Below are positions 60,718-64,000 of a DNA stretch of 64,000 bases, piece after piece. The notes under the pieces were generated by a model. That model made no database searches. It had not been told where the DNA came from and was given only the letters and a program-made list of their open reading frames with translations. The number at the start of each line of letters is the position of its first letter. Within the stretch, counting starts at the first letter, position 1. The position numbers were made by a program, and so were the translations under genes. The DNA comes from an uncultured Candidatus Rokubacteria bacterium (GTDB lineage Bacteria; Methylomirabilota; Methylomirabilia; Rokubacteriales; DASRDR01): the NCBI GenBank assembly GCA_963805625.1, contig CAWDVE010000019.1, positions 640,001 to 704,000 on the forward strand, written 5' to 3'.

Positions 60718-62892
60718 ATGACTTCTGGAATCCGCCGCTGGGCCCCCCTCCTGCTGATTGTCCTGGTCGTCGCGACCGGGTGTGCCCGCTCGCCCGAGGC
60801 GAGGAAGGCCCGCTACCTCGAGCGCGGCGACGCGTACTTCAAGAAGGAGCAATACCGCGAGGCTGTCATCGAGTATTGGAACGTGCTCCGGCTCGACCAG
60901 AATCATCCCCGCGCGATTGCGCAGATCGGGCTCGCCCACTTCCAGCTCGGCGAGGCGGCCCAGGCCTTCCGGTTCCTCCTCCGCGCACAGGAGCTGACGC
61001 CGGACGACCCCGAGGTTCGCCTGAAGCTCGGGACGATCTACCTCATGGTCCGGAAGTCCCAGGAGGCGACGGACGAGGCCGAGGCCGTCCTCGCCAAGAA
61101 CCCGGGGTCGCTCGATGCGCTGGTCCTCCTGGCCAACGCCGCGGACTCGCCGGAAGAGATCGCCGCGGCGCTCGCACGCCTCGAGGCCGCCCGTGGCGAG
61201 CACGACGGGCGGGCCCGATTCCACCTGGCCCTCGGTACCCTCTACCTCCGCCAGCGTCAGCCCGATCGGGCCGTCGAGGCCTTAGAACGGGCGGTCGCCC
61301 GGGAGCCCAAGTCGGTCGAAGCCCACGTCGCGCTCGGGAGCTTCTACACCATTCGGCGAGATGCCGGGCGCGCCGAAGAGGCCTTCAAACGGGCGGCGGA
61401 GCTCGCGCCGCCCGGCTCGGGGGCCCGGCTCCGATTGGTCGACTTCTACCTCGCCTCCCGGCGTCCGGACGAGGCCAAGCGCCTCCTCGCCGAGATGACG
61501 AAGGCCGCGCCCGACTACCTCCCGGCCTGGCGCCGGCAGGCGGAGCTGGCGCTGCGCGAGCGGCGCTACGACGACAGCCTGAAGGCCGTGGAAATCATCA
61601 TGAAGAAGAGCCCGCAGGACCTCGACGGCCGCTTCCTGCGGGGGCGCATCCACCTGGCCAAGCGCGAGACGACGCTGGCGATCCAGGAGTTCCAGGAGGT
61701 CCTGAAACGCGAGCCCAAACTCGCCCCGGCCCGCTTCCAGCTGGCCCAGGCGTATCTCCAGGCGGGCAATGTCCAGCAGGCGAAGACCGAGCTCAAGGAG
61801 GCCACGTCGAGCGCCCCGTCCTACGTCGAGGCGACGCTCGAGCTGGCGAGGCTCAACATCCAGTCCGGGGCGACTCAGCTCGCGATCGAGGACTTGGCGA
61901 AGCTGATTCAGAAGGAGCCCCAGGTGGTGCAGGCCTATGTCCTGCTCGGGACGGCCCACATGGCGCGACGAGAACCGAAGAAGGCCGAGGAGGCCTACCG
62001 GCGTCTCGTCGCCGTGGCGCCCAAGGACGCCCGGGGGCCCGACTTCGTCGGGCTGAGCCTCGTCGCCCAGGGGAAGTTGGCCGAGGCCCGCCGGGAGTTC
62101 GAGGCGTCGCTGACTCTCGCCCCGGGCTTCGTCGACCCTCTGGCCCACCTGGTGCGGCTCGACGTCCGCGAGAAGAAGCCCGAGATCGCGCTCGAGCGGG
62201 TCCAGCGCCAGATCGCCCGGGTCCCGCAGTCAGCCGGGTTGCATCAGCTCCTGGGGCGCCTCCACCAAACGCGGCGTGAGACGCCTCAGGCCGAAGCAGC
62301 CTACTCCAAGGCGATCGAGCTCGAGCCGCAGCGAATTGGGCCGTACTTCGACCTCGCGCGGCTCTACGCAAGCACGGGGCGCCTCGATCAGGGTCTGGCG
62401 CGGGCCGAGGAGGCCCTCAAGCTCAACCCGAAGAGCCAGCCATTGCTCATGCTCGTCGGGATGCTCTCGGAGGCGAAGCGGGACCACAAGAGAGCGATGG
62501 AGGCCTACGAGCAGCTCCTGGCAGGGAACCCCCGCTTCGCCCCGGCGGCGAACAATCTGGCCTACCTGCTGAGCGAGACCGGCGGGGACAAGGAACGCGC
62601 GCTTCAGCTCGCTCAAACTGCGAAGGAGGCCGCCCCCGATGACCCCCAGATCTCGGACACGCTCGGATGGATCCTCCATCAGCGTGGGGTCCATCAGCGC
62701 GCGGTCGTGCTCCTCGACGAGGCCGCGACCAAGCTGCCCGACAACGCCGTCGTCCGCTACCACCTCGGGATGGCCCAGCTGGCGGCGGGGAACAAGGACG
62801 CCGCCAAGCGGGAACTCCAGGAGGCGCTGAAGCTCCAGTCCGGCTTCCCAGGGGCGGACGAGGCCCGGCGGGCGCTGAGCCAGCTCCCGTAA
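60718..62892 (+). CDS. TPR-repeat lipoprotein, PrsT-like
   Basis: Lipobox VATGC, many TPRs, NNLAYL, DTLGWI, YHLG. Located in a PEP-CTERM locus. Confidence 0.85.
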   Translation: MTSGIRRWAPLLLIVLVVATGCARSPEARKARYLERGDAYFKKEQYREAVIEYWNVLRLDQNHPRAIAQIGLAHFQLGEAAQAFRFLLRAQELTPDDPEVRLKLGTIYLMVRKSQEATDEAEAVLAKNPGSLDALVLLANAADSPEEIAAALARLEAARGEHDGRARFHLALGTLYLRQRQPDRAVEALERAVAREPKSVEAHVALGSFYTIRRDAGRAEEAFKRAAELAPPGSGARLRLVDFYLASRRPDEAKRLLAEMTKAAPDYLPAWRRQAELALRERRYDDSLKAVEIIMKKSPQDLDGRFLRGRIHLAKRETTLAIQEFQEVLKREPKLAPARFQLAQAYLQAGNVQQAKTELKEATSSAPSYVEATLELARLNIQSGATQLAIEDLAKLIQKEPQVVQAYVLLGTAHMARREPKKAEEAYRRLVAVAPKDARGPDFVGLSLVAQGKLAEARREFEASLTLAPGFVDPLAHLVRLDVREKKPEIALERVQRQIARVPQSAGLHQLLGRLHQTRRETPQAEAAYSKAIELEPQRIGPYFDLARLYASTGRLDQGLARAEEALKLNPKSQPLLMLVGMLSEAKRDHKRAMEAYEQLLAGNPRFAPAANNLAYLLSETGGDKERALQLAQTAKEAAPDDPQISDTLGWILHQRGVHQRAVVLLDEAATKLPDNAVVRYHLGMAQLAAGNKDAAKRELQEALKLQSGFPGADEARRALSQLP

Positions 62893-62920
62893 TCCAACGT
62901 TGGGCGCGCCTCCCTTGGAA

Positions 62921-63045
62921 CGTCGGGATTCTTTATAGAAGAGGCAGTCAATCGTCGGGATTCTTTACAAAACTGGGCAGTCGGTGCGGCACTGACTCAG
63001 AACTACTTGGAATTGTTGGATTTATTTGACGGCATAGCACTTGCT
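62921..63045 (+). promoter_or_regulatory. tandem activator boxes plus sigma-54 promoter
   Basis: CGTCGGGATTCTTTA(T/C)A at 62921 and 62953. GG-N10-GC (GGCATAGCACTTGCT) at 63031-63045. Confidence 0.75.
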
Positions 63046-63106
63046 CCTGCGGTTAGGCCGGGAATCACCAGACCCAAGACCGAACAATCGAACTTGGAGG
63101 GTGCAC

Positions 63107-63865
63107 ATGACAGGCTTGCGAGGACTCACATGGGCGGCCGTTGTTATGGGAGTCCTCCTCACGGGGGCTGCCGCCGAGGCCATCGACTTTAACTTCGCCA
63201 CAGACCTGGGAGGCGGGGTCAACAACACGCAGCTCACCGCCAGTGAGACGACGAACACGATCACGGCTGACGGCTTCGACAACATAGATGCCACCACTGA
63301 CCCCATCGACCTGTCGAGCGGTAACTCCGAACTCCTGTGGCTACGGAACCAGCCGAACGACCATGGTCTCGGGGTCTGTAATAATTTGGGTGGTACCGGG
63401 ACCTGCATCAGCGGGGGCGGTGACGAAAACGAGCTCGATAATGGCGACAGCTCGGAGGGCATTCGTCTCACCAAGGAGGGGGGGACGTGGACGTCGCTCT
63501 GGGTCTCGTCGCTCGACGGTAACAAGGGGACCGGCTCGGAGACGGGGACGCTCTTGTGGTCAGATGACCCCAACCAGTTCTCGGTCTCTAACTCCTTCAC
63601 CTTTTCGTTTGCCGACATCGCCCTTTCGGGACAGACCGGCGTCGAAGTGGATCTCTTCACGCTGAACGGGTTCGCTGGGTCGGGGTTCAACGCCAGTGCG
63701 CCATACCTTCTGTTCATCGCTGGAACGCCCGGCGGCGGCGAGGGCAACAACGACTATCTCGTCTGGAAAGGCTCTGTGGACGTGCCTGAGCCGGGGACGC
63801 TGGCCCTCCTCGGTGCCGGCTTGGTCGGGATGGCAGTGGCGGCACGGCGGTGGCGTCGCGGCTAG
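63107..63865 (+). CDS. PEP-CTERM sorting domain protein
   Basis: RBS GGAGG, signal peptide ending AEA, N/D/G/T-rich body, VPEPGTLALLGAGL-TM-RRWRRG. Confidence 0.92.
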   Translation: MTGLRGLTWAAVVMGVLLTGAAAEAIDFNFATDLGGGVNNTQLTASETTNTITADGFDNIDATTDPIDLSSGNSELLWLRNQPNDHGLGVCNNLGGTGTCISGGGDENELDNGDSSEGIRLTKEGGTWTSLWVSSLDGNKGTGSETGTLLWSDDPNQFSVSNSFTFSFADIALSGQTGVEVDLFTLNGFAGSGFNASAPYLLFIAGTPGGGEGNNDYLVWKGSVDVPEPGTLALLGAGLVGMAVAARRWRRG

Positions 63866-63893
63866 CTGAGCGTCATACCCGCTTGCCAGGAAG

Positions 63894-63921
63894 GACGACG
63901 GCCCCCCGGGGGGCCGTCGTC
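63894..63921 (+). terminator. palindromic hairpin, probable terminator
   Basis: Perfect 28-bp palindrome GACGACGGCCCCCCGGGGGGCCGTCGTC, 28 nt after the stop; weak U-tract. Confidence 0.5.
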
Positions 63922-64000
63922 GCGTCTGTGGCCGTGTCCGAATGGCGCCGCGTCCGTAAGCTCTGGCTTCCCTGGTCGTGGCCGAACCGCGTAACCTTTC

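Overview
High-GC bacterial DNA. The gene repertoire (TTT and NitT/TauT transporters, LLM oxidoreductases, W-AOR, PEP-CTERM system) is consistent with Candidatus Rokubacteria/Methylomirabilota, which is an inference only. 0-43 kb is catabolic and transport DNA. It holds a polar-amino-acid ABC transporter with ureohydrolases opposite a PhyH dioxygenase, a secreted lipase-like protein and a tungsten aldehyde oxidoreductase operon (4Fe-4S, FAD subunit, AOR, MoaD). It also holds two DapA-family clusters (NitT/TauT ABC; TctCBA), an ald-amidase-2-oxoacid dehydrogenase-aminotransferase block, an orphan RskA anti-sigma, a Tat beta-carbonic anhydrase, garR, and four type II TA pairs. 43.5-51.5 kb is accessory: a PrimPol-SF3 helicase replicase with ori-like repeats, a sigma-54 activator, an IS110 remnant and a partly duplicated cluster of HEPN-MNT modules. 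51.5-64 kb is a PEP-CTERM locus (spermidine-synthase-like membrane protein, two PEP-CTERM proteins, prsR, prsK, prsT-like) with sigma-54 promoters and a recurring GTCGG-N4-CTTTAC box. Notable unannotated structure includes a REPIN/MITE-like family (GGGGTCAGACTTTGACTTC...GAAGTCAAAGTCTGACCCC), two copies of which bracket the carbonic anhydrase gene. There are also many internally deleted gene remnants and an in-frame HicB-bearing insert that duplicates the prsR 5' end. The systematic +1 frameshifts at 52-57 kb are probably sequencing errors. No rRNA, tRNA or CRISPR was seen. All family calls come from motif recognition by eye, not database searches.
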